Below, piece after piece: positions 1 to 14,400 of a stretch of DNA of 64,000 nt; position 1 is the stretch's first letter; every line of letters starts with the position of its first letter. The stretch is from assembly GCA_964016885.1 (NCBI GenBank), contig OZ024745.1, forward strand, positions 40,982,001 through 41,046,000. The letters run 5' to 3'. A program made the position numbers and the translations under genes. This DNA is from Eledone cirrhosa (Eukaryota). The notes under the pieces were generated by a model. The model saw nothing but the letters and a program-made list of their open reading frames with translations. It did not search any database and was not told the origin of the DNA.

Positions 1-139
1 ATTATCAGAGTAGAATTAAATTGAGATGTGCACCGCAATATCTGTCTGTTACACTCCACAAAATATTTGGCACAAGCCAGACATTTTGAGTTAGTTATTA
101 TCAACTACATTTAATTTTCGATTACATAAACACGTACCA

Positions 140-140
<1 letters not shown>

Positions 141-202
<62 letters not shown>

Positions 203-225
203 TATATATATATAAATATATGGAT

Positions 226-311
<86 letters not shown>

Positions 312-322
312 GTGTGTGTGTG
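141..322. repeat. Compound (TA)n/(TG)n/(CA)n microsatellite
   Basis: Directly visible dinucleotide runs. A second (TG)n-rich tract lies at ~612-770. Confidence 0.95.
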
Positions 323-610
323 TAATAGTTATGTGCGCTTATTTCTATCCCATTAGGTGTATTTATCTTTTGTCTTCTATATTTCTATCTTCTATCTTTC
401 TATCTTTCTAGAAATGTGTCTTTCAGTCTCTCATCTTCTTTACTTCTATATGTTTTTATTTTGTTTTGTATTTCGACGAGCAAACCGAAAACAGTAGGTC
501 GATAAAATAACTAAGTAAAGTTTGCTTGCGAAAAACAGGAAATACAATTTGAGTTGTATTATCTGGCTCAGTATACCTAAACATCTTCAGAGTTTTCTAA
601 TTAAGTGACG

Positions 611-661
<51 letters not shown>

Positions 662-1560
662 TGTCTGTGTTGTCTGTATGTGTATGTGTGTTTATATGTG
701 TGTGAATACGTATAAGTAGTATATATGTATGCGTGTATATGTATATTTATATATGTGTGCGTGTGAAGTGTATAATGGTGAGACAGTATAGGAATTAATG
801 GTGTTCTTAAGAATAGTAAAAATAACAATTTTGTTAGGATTTGGAAAACAATTCTCTCCTGTCTTTCACTTTTATTCTCCTTCTCGTTTTCTCACTTTCT
901 CTTTCTCTGATTCTCTTATTCGGTCTTATTCGGATTCTCTCACTCTGCGTCTGTCTATCCTTTCAATCTCTGCATCTACATCTATTTTCTCAATTAATCA
1001 CAATATATATATATATATAGAGAGAGAGAGAACACGTATATATTGCTGGAACTACTTAATTCGCCGTATTCAGCATTATATGATAAATACTGTGTACTGT
1101 ATGGTAATGTTCTACCTCCGAATGTTAAATAGACTAGCGTCAACAACGACACAAGTAAGAGACAAAATAATAATTAAAATAAAACAAAGATTAAAATGGT
1201 ACTGTTTTCTGTTTTTAATATTAAATAAGTTTTAATACAATTAGTTTAAATTCCTTCAGTGAATTAAGTATGGCAAAGTTGAGATTTGAAGTCTTCAAGT
1301 GACATTGGCTTTATCATATCAACGATTAAACGGTCTAGCATGACAGAAAATGTGTATTTGTCTTCATATGTTCAATGCAATATTTTCTTCTATATTAACA
1401 ACAATCCAGTTTCTTCCACCAAAGTTTATCCTGGTTTATTGGACCACAAATGATCAACCTGGTCTTTGGCTTTTTTAATTCCATTCGTCTTTATGTGCCA
1501 GAACATATTCTGTACTCTGGCCTTTCATTTCAATAAAATCACAGATATGATAAACGCATT

Positions 1561-2467
1561 ATATATATATATATATATATAAAGAGAGAAAGAGAGAGAG
1601 AGAGCGAGAGGGAGAGAGAGATGGATGTAGTACCAGCGGGAATGGTAATTACGTAAAGTATGTTTCTAGTTAGAAATATTCAAAAACAGGTTTCACTTCT
1701 TAGTTAAGTCAAATTTATTTTATTTACTATGTCAAGCTTGAATAACAATTGTAAATAATAATTCCATTCGTAACCCATTCCATTCTGTAAAATTTGTTAA
1801 AGTGGCTTCGGAAGAAAGAAATTCAATAATGTTTGTACTTTATCCTGCAGTCCAATTAATTGCTTTTACATGAGCTGAGTTCAACCTGGTCATTTGCAGT
1901 TCAGTCTGCTGTCTCCCTGTCAGTTTACTGTTCGCAATGATGTCTACTTTAAGTAGAAAAGCTTTATACTGCAGGATGATAAAGAGATGTTTGGTAATGT
2001 TGAATAGCGATGTATATATGAATGTCCGTATTGTATATTTAATAATATACTGTATGTTTATTTAAAAATATTTTCTTCACAGACAGTTGGTTCGATCTGT
2101 TGTGCCAAAAACATTTTCACTCCTGAAAACGTTTGATATATTTATAACCTACCATTTCTCATTCTGTTGAGAACTGTGGCCACATCTTTTCTCTTCTGTC
2201 TTGATATTTAGAGTCTGGATAAGTTCCAAATAAGCAACTACAACAATACTGGTCCTATCTTATGAAGTTAGCGTCAATCATAATCACCCTATCGAAATGT
2301 GTGTATTTGCCCTTTTTAGATATTTCCATTGGAATTGTTCTGATAGCATTTCCTCTTTGTTGCCCCTTTTTTACGAATTAAATCAGCGCACCGGATCTGT
2401 AGCTAAGTCTCAGCATTTACAGTTGAATTTAATCAATATAATCGCAAATTTTATTGTGATTATTTTT
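1561..2467 (+). repeat. Direct repeat copy 1 (left flank of the satellite array)
   Basis: (TA)n(GA)n followed by ATGGATGTAG...ATTGTGATTATTTTT, matching 37262-38214. About 17 substitutions in ~850 unique bp, counted by eye. Confidence 0.95.
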
Positions 2468-5400
2468 TATGGGGGGGGGGGGGGGGGGGGCGTTTTTTAT
2501 TTGGGTGCGCCTTTTTTTTATTTGGCTGCCCCGTATTTTATTTGGGTGCCCCGTTTTTTTATTTGGGTGCCTCGTTTTTTTATTTGGATGCCCCGTTTTT
2601 TATTTGGGTGCCCCGTTATTTTATTTCGGAGCCCCGTTTTTTATGGGGGGGGGTCCGTTTTTTATTTGGGTGCCCCGTTTTTTATTTGGGTGCCCCGTTT
2701 TTATTTGGATGCCCCGTTTTTTTGTTTGGGTGCCCCGTTTTTTATTTGGGTGCCCCATTTTTTTATGTGGGTGCCCCGTTTTTTTATGAAGGGGGTCCGT
2801 TTTTTATTTGGGTGCCCCGTTTTTTGTTTGGGTGCCCCGTTTTTTTATTTGGGTGGCCCGTTTTTTTATGGGGGATCCGTTTTTAATTTTGGTGCCCCGT
2901 TTTTTATGATGTGGTCCGTTTTTTATTTGGGCTCCCCGATTTTTATTTGGGTGCCCCGTTTTTTTATGGGGGAGTCCGTTTTTTATTTGGGTGCCCCGTT
3001 TTTTTATGGGGGGGCGTTTTTTATTTGGATGCCCCGTTTTTTTATTTGGGTGCCCCGTTTTTTATTTGGGTGCCCCGTTTTTTATTTGGGTGCCCCGTTT
3101 TTTTATGAAGGGGATCCGTTTTTTATTTTGTGCCCCGTTTTTTATGGGGAGGGGTCCGTTTTTTATTTGGGTGCCACGTTTTTTATTTGGGCGCCCCGTT
3201 TTTTTATTTGGGTGGCCCGTTTTTTTATGGGGGGGGGGTCCTCTTTTTATTTGGGTGCCCCATTTTTTTATGGGGAGGATCCGTTTTTTTATTTGGGTGC
3301 CCCGTTTTTTTATGGGGTCCGTCTTTTATTTGGGTGCCCCGTTTTTTATGATGTGGTCCGTTTTTTAATTGGGCTCCCCGATTTTTATTTGGGTGCCCCG
3401 TTTTTTTATGGGTGAGTCCGTTTTTTATTTGGGTGCCCCGTTTTTTTATGGGGGGGGGGGCGTTTTTTATTTGGGTGCCCCGTTTTTGTGGGGGGTCCAT
3501 TTTTTATTTGGGTGCCCCGTTTTTTTATAGGGGGGGGGTCCGTTTTTTATTTGGGTGGCCCGTTTCTAATTTGTGTGCCCCGTTTTTTTATTTGGGTGCC
3601 CCGTTTTTTATGGGGGATGGTCCGTTTTTTATTTGGGTGCCCCGTTTTTTTTATGGGGGGCCGTTTTATATTTGGGTGCCCCGTTTTTAATTGGATGCCC
3701 CGTTTTTTTATTTGGGTGCCCAGTTTTTTATTTGGGTGCCCCATTTTTTATTTGGGTGCCCCGTTTTTTATGATGTGGTCCGTTTTTTATTTGGGCTCCC
3801 CGATTTTTATTTGGGTGCCCCGTTTTTTTATGGGGGAGTCCGTTTTTTATATTGGTTGTCCCGTTTTTTTATGGGGGGGGGCGTTTTTTATTTGGGTGCC
3901 ACGTTTTTTATTTGGGTGTCCCGTTTTTTTATGGTGGGCTCCGTTTTTTATTTGGGTGCCCCGTTTTTTTATGGGGGTCCGTTTTTTATTTGGGTGCCCC
4001 GTTTTTTATTTGGGTGCCCCGTTTTTTATTTGGGTGCCCCGTTTTTTATTTGGGTGCCCCGTTTTATATGGCGGGGTCCCTCTTTTATTTGGGTGCCCCT
4101 TTTTTATCGGGGGTCCTTTTTTTATTTGGGTGCCCCGTTTTTTTATGGGGGGTCCGTTTTTTATTTGGGTGCTCCGTTTTTTCTTGTGGGTCCGTTTTTT
4201 ATTTGGGTGCCCCGTTTTTTATGGGGGGCGTTTTTTATTTGGGTACCCCGTTTTTTTATGGGGGGGTTCCATTTTTATTTGGGTGCTCCGTTTTCTAATG
4301 GGGGGGTCCTTTTTTTATTTGGGTTCCCCATTTTTTTATAGGGGGGTTCGTTTTTTATTTGGGTGCCCCGTTTTTTATGGAGGGGTCAGATTTTTATTTG
4401 GGTCCTCCGTTTTTTATTTGGGTGCCCCGTTTTTTATGGGGTGGTCCGTTTTTTATTTGGGTGCCCCGTTTTTTATGGGGTGGGTCCGTTTTTTATTTGG
4501 GTGCGCCGTTATTTTACGGGTGCTCCGGTTATTTACGGGGGGTCCGTTTTTATTTGGGTGCCCCGTTTGTTATGGGGGAGTCCGTTTTTTATTTGGGTGC
4601 CCCGTTTTTTTATGGGGGGGCCGTTTTATATTTGGGTGCCCCGTTTTTAATTGGATACCCCGTTTTTTTATTTGGGTGCCCAGTTTTTTATTTGGGTGCC
4701 CCATTTTTTTATTTGGGTGCCCCGTTTTTATTTGGGTGCCCCGTTTTTTTATGGGGGTCCGTTTTTTATTTGGGTGCCCCGTTTTTTATGGGGTGGTCCG
4801 TTTTTGACTTGGGTGCCCCGTTTTATTTTTTGGGTGCCCCTTTTTTTATGGGGGGGTCCGTTTTTTATTTGGGTGCCCCGTTTTTTATGGGGGGCTTGTT
4901 TTATTTGGGTGCCCCGTTTTTTATTTGGGTGCCCCTTCTTTTATGGGGGGGTCCGTTTTTTATTTGGGTGCCCCGTTTTTTATGGGGTGGGTCCGTTTTT
5001 TATTTGTGTGCCCCGTTTTTTTATGGGGGGCGTCCGTTTTTTATTTGGGTGGCCCGTATCTAATTTGTGTGCCCCTTTTTTTCGTTTGGGTGCCCCGTTT
5101 TTTTATGGGGGAGTCCGTTTTTTATTTGGGTGCCCCGTTTTTTAATGGGGGGGCCGTTTTATATTTGGGTGCCCCGTTTTTAATTGGATGCCCCGTTTTT
5201 AATTTGGGTGCCCAATTTTTTTATTTGGGTGCCCCATTCTTTTATTTGGGTGCCCCGTTTTTTATGATGTGGTCCGTTTTTTATTTGGGCTCCTCGATTT
5301 TTAATTGGGTGCCCCGTTTTTTAGATGGGGGGGCCGTTTTTTATTTGGGTGCCCCGTTTTTTGTGGGGGGTCCATTTTTTATTTGTGTGCCCCGTTTTTT

Positions 5401-8400
5401 TATTTGGGTGCCCCGTTTTTTATTTGGGTGCCCCGTTTTTTGTTTTGGTGCTTCGTTTTATTATGGGGGATTCGTTTTTTATTTGGGTGCCCCGTTTTTC
5501 TATTTGTGTGTCCCGTTTTTAATTTGGGTGACCCGTTTTTTATTTGGGTGGCCGGTCTTTTTATGGTGGGTCCGTTTTTTATTTGGGTGCCCCGTTTTTT
5601 TATGGGGGGTCCGTTTTTTATTTGGGTGCTCCGTTTTTTATGGGGGGGTCCGTTTTTTATTTGGGTGCCCCGTTTTTTATTTGGGTGCCCCGTTTTTTAT
5701 TTGGGTGTCCGTTTTTTTTATGGGGGGTCCGTTTTTTATTTGGGTGCCCCGTTTTTTTTATGGGGGTCCGTTTTTTATTTGGGTGCCCCGTTTTTTCATG
5801 GAGGGTCCGTTTTTTATTTGGGTGCCCCGTTATTTATGGGGGTGGCGTTTTTTATTTGGGTACTCCGTTTTTTTATGTGGGGGGTCCATTTTGTAATTGG
5901 GTGCCCCGTTTTTTATTTGGGTGCCCCGTTTTTTATTTAGGTGTCCCGTTTTTTTATGGGGGGGGTCCGTTTTTTATTTAGGTGCCCCGTTTTTTTATGG
6001 GGTCCGTTTTTTATTTGGGTGCTCCGTTTTTTGTTTGGTTGCCCCGTTTTTTTATGGCGGGGTCCCTTTTTTATTTGGGTGCCCCTTTTTTTATGGGGGG
6101 TCCGTTTTTTATTTGGGTGCCCCCTTTTTTTATTTGGGTGGCCCGTTTTTTTATGGAGGGGTCCGTTTTTTTTATTTGGGTGCCCCGTTTTTTATTTGGG
6201 TGTCCCGTTTTTTTATGGGGGGGTCCGTTTTTTATTTGGGTGCCCCGTTATTTATGGGGGTGGCGTTTTTTATTTGGGTACTCCGTTTTTTTATGTGGGG
6301 GGTCCATTTTGTAATTGGGTGCCCCGTTTTTTATTTGGGTGCCCCGTTTTTTATTTAGGTGTCCCGTTTTTTTATGGGGGGGGTCCGTTTTTTATTTAGG
6401 TGCCCCGTTTTTTTATGGGGTCCGTTTTTTATTTGGGTGCTCCGTTTTTTGTTTGGTTGCCCCGTTTTTTTATGGCGGGGTCCCTTTTTTATTTGGGTGC
6501 CCCTTTTTTTATGGGGGGTCCGTTTTTTATTTGGGTGCCCCCTTTTTTTATTTGGGTGGCCCGTTTTTTTATGGAGGGGTCCGTTTTTTTTATTTGGGTG
6601 CCCCGTTTTTTATTTGGGTGTCCCGTTTTTTTATGGGGGGGTCCGTTTTTTATTTGGGTGCCCCGTTTTTTTATGGGGGTCCGTTTTTTATTTGGTTGCC
6701 CCGTTTTTTTATGTTGGTGTACATTTTTTAATTGGGTGCCCCGTTTTATATTTGGGTCCCCGTTTTTTTATTTGGGTGCATCGTTTTTTATTTGGGTACC
6801 CGGTTTTTTATGGGGAGTTCGTATTTTAATCGGGAGCGCCGTTTTTTTATGGGGGGCGGGTCAGTTTTTTATTTGGGTGCCCCGTTTCTAATTTCTGAGC
6901 CCCGTTTTTTTATTTGGGTACCCCGTTTCTGATTTGTGTGGTCCGTTTTTTATTTGGGTGCCCCGTTTTTTATGGCGGTCCGTTTTTTATTTGGGTGCCT
7001 CGTTCTTTATTTGGATGCCCCGTTTATTTAGGGGGGGGGCCGTTTTTTGTTTGGGTGCCCCGTTTTTTATGGGGGGGTCCTTTTTTATTTGGGTGCCCCA
7101 TTTTTTTATGGGGGGGTTCGTTTTTTATTTGGGTGCCCCGTTTTTTATGGGGGGGTCCGATTCTTATTTGGGTGCCCCGTTTTTTTATGGGGGGTCCGTT
7201 TTTTATTTGGGTGCCCCGTATTTTATGGGGTGGTCCGTTTTTCATTTGGGTGCCCCGTTTTTTTTGGGGGTGCCCCTTTTTTTATGGGGGTGTCCGTTTT
7301 TTATTTGGGTACCCCGTTTTTTATGGGGGGGTCCGTTTATTATTTGGATGCCCCGTTTTTTATGGGGGCCCGTTTTTTATTTGGGTGCTCCGTTTTTTTA
7401 TGGGGGGGTCCGTTTTTTATTTGGGTGCCCCGTTTTTTATTTGGGTGCTCCGTTTTTTATGTAGGGGGTCCATTTTGTAATTGGGTGCCCCGTCTTTTAT
7501 TTGGGTGCCCCGTTTTTTGTGGGGGGTCCATTTTTTATTTGGGTGCCCCGTTTTTTTATGGGGGGTCCGTTTTTTATTTCGGTGGCCCGTTTCTAATTTC
7601 TGTGCCCCGTTTTTTTATTTGGGTACCCCGTTTCTGATTTGTGTGGTCCGTTTTTTATTTGGGTGCCCCGTTTTTTATGGCGGTCCGTTTTTTATTTGGG
7701 TGCCCCGTTCTTTATTTGGGTGCCCCGTTTTTTTAGGGGGGGGCCGTTTTTTATTTGGGTGCCCCGTTTTTTTATGGGGGGTCCGTTTTTTATTTGGGTG
7801 CCCCGATTTTTATTTGGGTGCCCCGTTTCTAATTTCTGTGCCCCGTCTTTTTATTTGGGTACCCCGTTTCTGATTTGTGTGGTCCGTTTTTTATTTGGGT
7901 GCCCCGTTTTTTATGGCGGTCCGTTTTTTATTTGGGTGCCCCGTTTTTTATGGCGGTCCGTTTTTTATTTGGGTGCCCCGTTTTTTATTTGGGTGCTCCG
8001 TTTTTTATGGGGGGGTCCGTTTTTTATTTGGGTGCCCCGTTTTTTATTTGGGTGCCCCGTTTTTTATTTGGGTGTCCGTTTTTTTTATGGGGGGTCCGTT
8101 TTTTATTTGGGTGCCCCGTTTTTTTTATGGGGGTCCGTTTTTTATTTGGGTGCCCCGTTTTTTCATGGAGGGTCCGTTTTTTATTTGGGTGCCCCGTTAT
8201 TTATGGGGGTGGCGTTTTTTATTTGGGTACTCCGTTTTTTTATGTGGGGGGTCCATTTTGTAATTGGGTGCCCCGTTTTTTATTTGGGTGCCCCGTTTTT
8301 TATTTAGGTGTCCCGTTTTTTTATGGGGGGGGTCCGTTTTTTATTTAGGTGCCCCGTTTTTTTATGGGGTCCGTTTTTTATTTGGGTGCTCCGTTTTTTG

Positions 8401-11400
8401 TTTGGTTGCCCCGTTTTTTTATGGCGGGGTCCCTTTTTTATTTGGGTGCCCCTTTTTTTATGGGGGGTCCGTTTTTTATTTGGGTGCCCCCTTTTTTTAT
8501 TTGGGTGGCCCGTTTTTTTATGGAGGGGTCCGTTTTTTTTATTTGGGTGCCCCGTTTTTTATTTGGGTGTCCCGTTTTTTTATGGGGGGGTCCGTTTTTT
8601 ATTTGGGTGCCCCGTTATTTATGGGGGTGGCGTTTTTTATTTGGGTACTCCGTTTTTTTATGTGGGGGGTCCATTTTGTAATTGGGTGCCCCGTTTTTTA
8701 TTTGGGTGCCCCGTTTTTTATTTAGGTGTCCCGTTTTTTTATGGGGGGGGTCCGTTTTTTATTTAGGTGCCCCGTTTTTTTATGGGGTCCGTTTTTTATT
8801 TGGGTGCTCCGTTTTTTGTTTGGTTGCCCCGTTTTTTTATGGCGGGGTCCCTTTTTTATTTGGGTGCCCCTTTTTTTATGGGGGGTCCGTTTTTTATTTG
8901 GGTGCCCCCTTTTTTTATTTGGGTGGCCCGTTTTTTTATGGAGGGGTCCGTTTTTTTTATTTGGGTGCCCCGTTTTTTATTTGGGTGTCCCGTTTTTTTA
9001 TGGGGGGGTCCGTTTTTTATTTGGGTGCCCCGTTTTTTTATGGGGGTCCGTTTTTTATTTGGTTGCCCCGTTTTTTTATGTTGGTGTACATTTTTTAATT
9101 GGGTGCCCCGTTTTATATTTGGGTCCCCGTTTTTTTATTTGGGTGCATCGTTTTTTATTTGGGTACCCGGTTTTTTATGGGGAGTTCGTATTTTAATCGG
9201 GAGCGCCGTTTTTTTATGGGGGGCGGGTCAGTTTTTTATTTGGGTGCCCCGTTTCTAATTTCTGAGCCCCGTTTTTTTATTTGGGTACCCCGTTTCTGAT
9301 TTGTGTGGTCCGTTTTTTATTTGGGTGCCCCGTTTTTTATGGCGGTCCGTTTTTTATTTGGGTGCCTCGTTCTTTATTTGGATGCCCCGTTTATTTAGGG
9401 GGGGGGCCGTTTTTTGTTTGGGTGCCCCGTTTTTTATGGGGGGGTCCTTTTTTATTTGGGTGCCCCATTTTTTTATGGGGGGGTTCGTTTTTTATTTGGG
9501 TGCCCCGTTTTTTATGGGGGGGTCCGATTCTTATTTGGGTGCCCCGTTTTTTTATGGGGGGTCCGTTTTTTATTTGGGTGCCCCGTATTTTATGGGGTGG
9601 TCCGTTTTTCATTTGGGTGCCCCGTTTTTTTTGGGGGTGCCCCTTTTTTTATGGGGGTGTCCGTTTTTTATTTGGGTACCCCGTTTTTTATGGGGGGGTC
9701 CGTTTATTATTTGGATGCCCCGTTTTTTATGGGGGCCCGTTTTTTATTTGGGTGCTCCGTTTTTTTATGGGGGGGTCCGTTTTTTATTTGGGTGCCCCGT
9801 TTTTTATTTGGGTGCTCCGTTTTTTATGTAGGGGGTCCATTTTGTAATTGGGTGCCCCGTCTTTTATTTGGGTGCCCCGTTTTTTGTGGGGGGTCCATTT
9901 TTTATTTGGGTGCCCCGTTTTTTTATGGGGGGTCCGTTTTTTATTTCGGTGGCCCGTTTCTAATTTCTGTGCCCCGTTTTTTTATTTGGGTACCCCGTTT
10001 CTGATTTGTGTGGTCCGTTTTTTATTTGGGTGCCCCGTTTTTTATGGCGGTCCGTTTTTTATTTGGGTGCCCCGTTCTTTATTTGGGTGCCCCGTTTTTT
10101 TAGGGGGGGGCCGTTTTTTATTTGGGTGCCCCGTTTTTTTATGGGGGGTCCGTTTTTTATTTGGGTGCCCCGATTTTTATTTGGGTGCCCCGTTTCTAAT
10201 TTCTGTGCCCCGTCTTTTTATTTGGGTACCCCGTTTCTGATTTGTGTGGTCCGTTTTTTATTTGGGTGCCCCGTTTTTTATGGCGGTCCGTTTTTTATTT
10301 GGGTGCCCCGTTTTTTATGGCGGTCCGTTTTTTATTTGGGTGCCCCGTTTTTTATTTGGGTGCCCCGTTTTTTTAGGGGGGGGCCGTTTTTTATTTGGGT
10401 GCCCCGTTTTTTTAGGGGGGGGCCGTTTTTTATTTGGGTGCCCCGTTTTTTTATGGGGGGTCCGTTTTTTATTTGGGTGCCCCAATTTTTATTTGGGTGC
10501 CCCGTGTTTTATTTGGGTGCCCCGTTTTTTTATGGGGAGGATCAGTTTTTTATTTGGGTGCCCCGTTTTTTTATGGGGGGTCCGTTTTTTATCTGGGTGC
10601 TCCGTTTTTTTATGGGGGGGTCCGTTTTTTATTTGGGTGCCCCGTTATTTTACGGGTGCTCCGGTTTTTTACGGGGGTCCGTTTTTATTTGGGTGTCCCG
10701 TTTGTTATGGGGTGGTTCCGTTTATTATTTGGTTGCCCCGTTTTTTATGGGGGCCCGTTTTTTATTTGGGTGCTCCGTTTTTTTATGGGGGGTCCGTTTT
10801 TTATTTGGGTGCTCCGTTTTTTTATGGGGGGGTCCGTTTTTTATTTGGGTGCCCCGTTTTTTATTTGGGTGCCCCGTTTTTTATTTGGGGCTGCGTTTTT
10901 TATGTGGGGGGTCCATTTTGTAGTTGGGTGCCCCGTTTTTTATTTGGGTGCCCCGTCTCTTATTTGGGTGTCCCGTTTTTTATGGCGGGGTCCCTTTTTT
11001 ATTTGGGTGCCCTTTTTTTATGGGGGGTCCGTTTTTTATTTGGGTGCCCCGTTATTTATTTGGGTGCCCCGTTTTTTTTATGCGGGGATCCGTTTTATAT
11101 TTGGGTGCCCCGTTATTTTACGGGTGCTCCGGTTTTTTACGGGGGTCCGTTTTTATTTGGGTGTCCCGTTTGTTATGGGGTGGTTCCGTTTATTATTTGG
11201 TTGCCCCGTTTTTTATGGGGGCCCGTTTTTTATTTGGGTGCTCCGTTTTTTTATGGGGGGTCCGTTTTTTATTTGGGTGCTCCGTTTTTTTATGGGGGGG
11301 TCCGTTTTTTATTTGGGTGCCCCGTTTTTTATTTGGGTGCCCCGTTTTTTATTTGGGGCTGCGTTTTTTATGTGGGGGGTCCATTTTGTAGTTGGGTGCC

Positions 11401-14400
11401 CCGTTTTTTATTTGGGTGCCCCGTCTCTTATTTGGGTGTCCCGTTTTTTATGGCGGGGTCCCTTTTTTATTTGGGTGCCCTTTTTTTATGGGGGGTCCGT
11501 TTTTTATTTGGGTGCCCCGTTATTTATTTGGGTGCCCCGTTTTTTTTATGCGGGGATCCGTTTTATATTTGGGTGCCCCGTTTTTTTTATGCGGGGATCC
11601 GTTTTATATTTGGGTGCCCCGTTTTTAATTGGATGCCCCGTTTTCTTATTTGGGTGCCCAGTTTTTTATTTGGGTGCCCCATTTTTTTACTTGGGTGCCC
11701 CGTTTTTTATGATGTGGTCCGTTTTTTATTTGGGCTCCCCGATTTTTATTTGGGTGCCCCGTTTTTTGTGGGGGGTCCATTTTTTATTTGGGTGCCCCGT
11801 TTTTTTATGGGGGTTACGTTTTTTATTTCGGTGGCCCGTTTCTAATTTGTGTGCCCCGTTTTTTTATTTGGGTGCACCGTTTCTAATTTGTGTGCCCCGT
11901 TTTTTTATTTGGGTGCATCGTTTTTTATTTGGGTACCCGGTTTTTTATGGGGAGTCCGTATTTTATTCGGGTGCCCCGTTTTTTATGGAGGGGGGGGGGG
12001 GTCAGTTTTTTATTTGGGTGCCCCGTTTCTAATTTCTGTGCCCCGTTTTTTTATTTGGGTACCCCGTTTCTGATTTGTGTGGTCCGTTTTTTATTTGGGT
12101 GCCCCGTTTTTTATGGCGGTCCGTTTTTTATTTGGGTGCCCCGTTCTTTATTTGGGTGCCCCGTTTTTTTAGGGGGGGGCCGTTTTTTATTTTGGTGCCC
12201 CGTTTTTTTATGGGGGGTCCGTTTTTTATTTGGGTGCCCCGTTTTTTATTTGGGTGCCCCGTTTTTTATTTGGGTGCCCCGTTTTTTATTTGGGTGTCCC
12301 GTTTTTTTATGGGGAGGATCCGTTTTTTATTTGGGTGCCCCGTTTTTTTATGGGGGGTCCGTTTTGTATTTGGGTGCCCCGTTTTTTATGATGTCCGTTT
12401 TTTAATTGGGCTCCCCGTTTTCTTATTTGGGTGCCCAGTTTTTTATTTGGGTGCCCCATTTTTTTATCTGGGTGCCCCTTTTTTAATGATGTGGTCCGTT
12501 TTTTATTTGGGCTCCCCGATTTTTATTTGTGTGCCCCGTTTTTTTATGGGGGAGTCCGTTTTTTATTTCGGTGGCCCGTTTCTAATTTGTGTGCCTGGTT
12601 TATTTATGGGGGTGGTCCGTTTTTTATTTGGGTGCCCCGTTTTTTATTTGGGTGTCCCGTTTTTTATGGGTGGTTCGTTTTTTATTTGGGTGCCCATTTC
12701 TAATTTCTGAGCCCCGTTTTTTTATTTGGGTACCCCGTTTCTGATTTGTGTGGTCCGTTTTTTATTTGGGTGCCCCGTTTTTTATGGCGGTCCGTTTTTT
12801 ATTTGGGTGTCCCGTTCTTTATTTGGGTGCCCCGTTTTTTTAGGGGGGGCCGTTTTTTATTTGGGTGCCCCGTTTTTTATGGGGGGGTCCTTTTTTTATT
12901 TGGGTGACCCATTTTTTATGGGGGGGTCCGTTTTTTATTTGGGTGCTACGTTATTTTATGGGGGGTCCGTTTTTTATGTGGGGTGTCCGTTTTTTATTTG
13001 GGTGCCCCGTTTTTTTTATGGGGGGTCCGTTTTTTATTTGGGTGCCCCGTTTTTTATTTGGGTGCCCCGTTTTTTATTTGGGTGCCCCGTTTTTTTATGA
13101 AGGGGATCCGTTATTTTATAGGGAGGATCCTTTTTTAATTTTGGTGCCCCGTTTTTTGTTTGGTTGGTCCGTTTTTTATCTGGGTGCCCTGTTTTTTTAT
13201 GGGGGGGTCCTCTTTTTATTTCGGTGCCCCGTTTTTTTATTGGGAGGATCCGTTTTTTATTTGGGTGCCCCGTTTCTAATTTGTGTGCCCCGTTTTTTTA
13301 TTTGGGTGCCCCGTTTTTTAATGGGGGTGGTCCGTTTTTTATTTGGGTGCCCCGTTTTTTATGGGGGGTTCGTTTTTTATTTGGGTGCCCATTTCTAATT
13401 TCTGAGCCCCGTTTTTTTATTTGGGTACCCCGTTTCTGATTTGTGTGGTCCGTTTTTTATTTGGGTGCCCCGTTTTTTATGGCGGTCCGTTTTTTATTTG
13501 GGTGCCCCGTTCTTTATTTGGGTCCCCCGTTTTTTTAGGGGGGGCCGTTTTTTATTTGGGTGCCCCGTTTTTTATGGGGGGGTCCTTTTTTTATTTGGGT
13601 GACCCATTTTTTATGGGTGGGTCCGTTTTTTATCTAGGTGCTACGTTATTTTATGGGGGGTCCGTTTTTTTATGTGGCGTGTCCGTTTTTTATTTGGGTG
13701 CCCCGTTTTTTATTTGGGTGCCCCGTTTTTTATTTGGGTGTCCCGTTTTTTTATGGGGGGGGTCCGTTTTTTATTTAGGGCCCCGTTTTTTTATGGGGGT
13801 CCGTTTTTTATTTGGGTGCTCCGTTTTTTTGTTTGGGTGCCCCGTTTTTTTATGGCGGGGTCCCTTTTTTATTTGGGTGCACCTTTCTTTTATGGGGGGT
13901 CCGTTTTTTATTTGGGTGCCCGTTATTTATTTGGGTGCCCCGTTTTTTTTATGCGGGGATCCGTTTTATATTTGGGTGCCCCGTTTTTTTATGGGGGGGG
14001 GGCCTTTTTTATGGGTGCCTCGTTTTTATTTGGGTGGCCCGTTTTATTATGGGGGGGGTCCGTTTTTTATTTGGGTGCCCCCTTTTTTTATTTGGGTGGC
14101 CCGTTTTTTTATGGAGGGGTCCGTTTTTTATTTGGGTGCCCCGTTTTTTATTTGGGTGTCCCGTTTTTTTATGGGAGGGTACGTTTCTAAATTGTGTGCC
14201 CCGTTTTTTTATTTGGGTGCACCGTTTCTAATTTGTGTGCCCCGTTTTTTTATTTGGGTGCCCCGTTTTTCTATTTGTGTGTCCCGTTTTTAATTTGGGT
14301 GACCCGTTTTTTATTTGGGTGTCCCGTGTTTTTATGGGGGGTCCGTTTTTTATTTGGGTGCCCCGTTTTTTTATGGGGGGTCCGTTTTTTATTTGGGTGC

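Noticed and set aside
2131-2143. GTTTGATATATTT resembling part of miR-190
   Set aside because: The seed does not match and there is no precursor hairpin.
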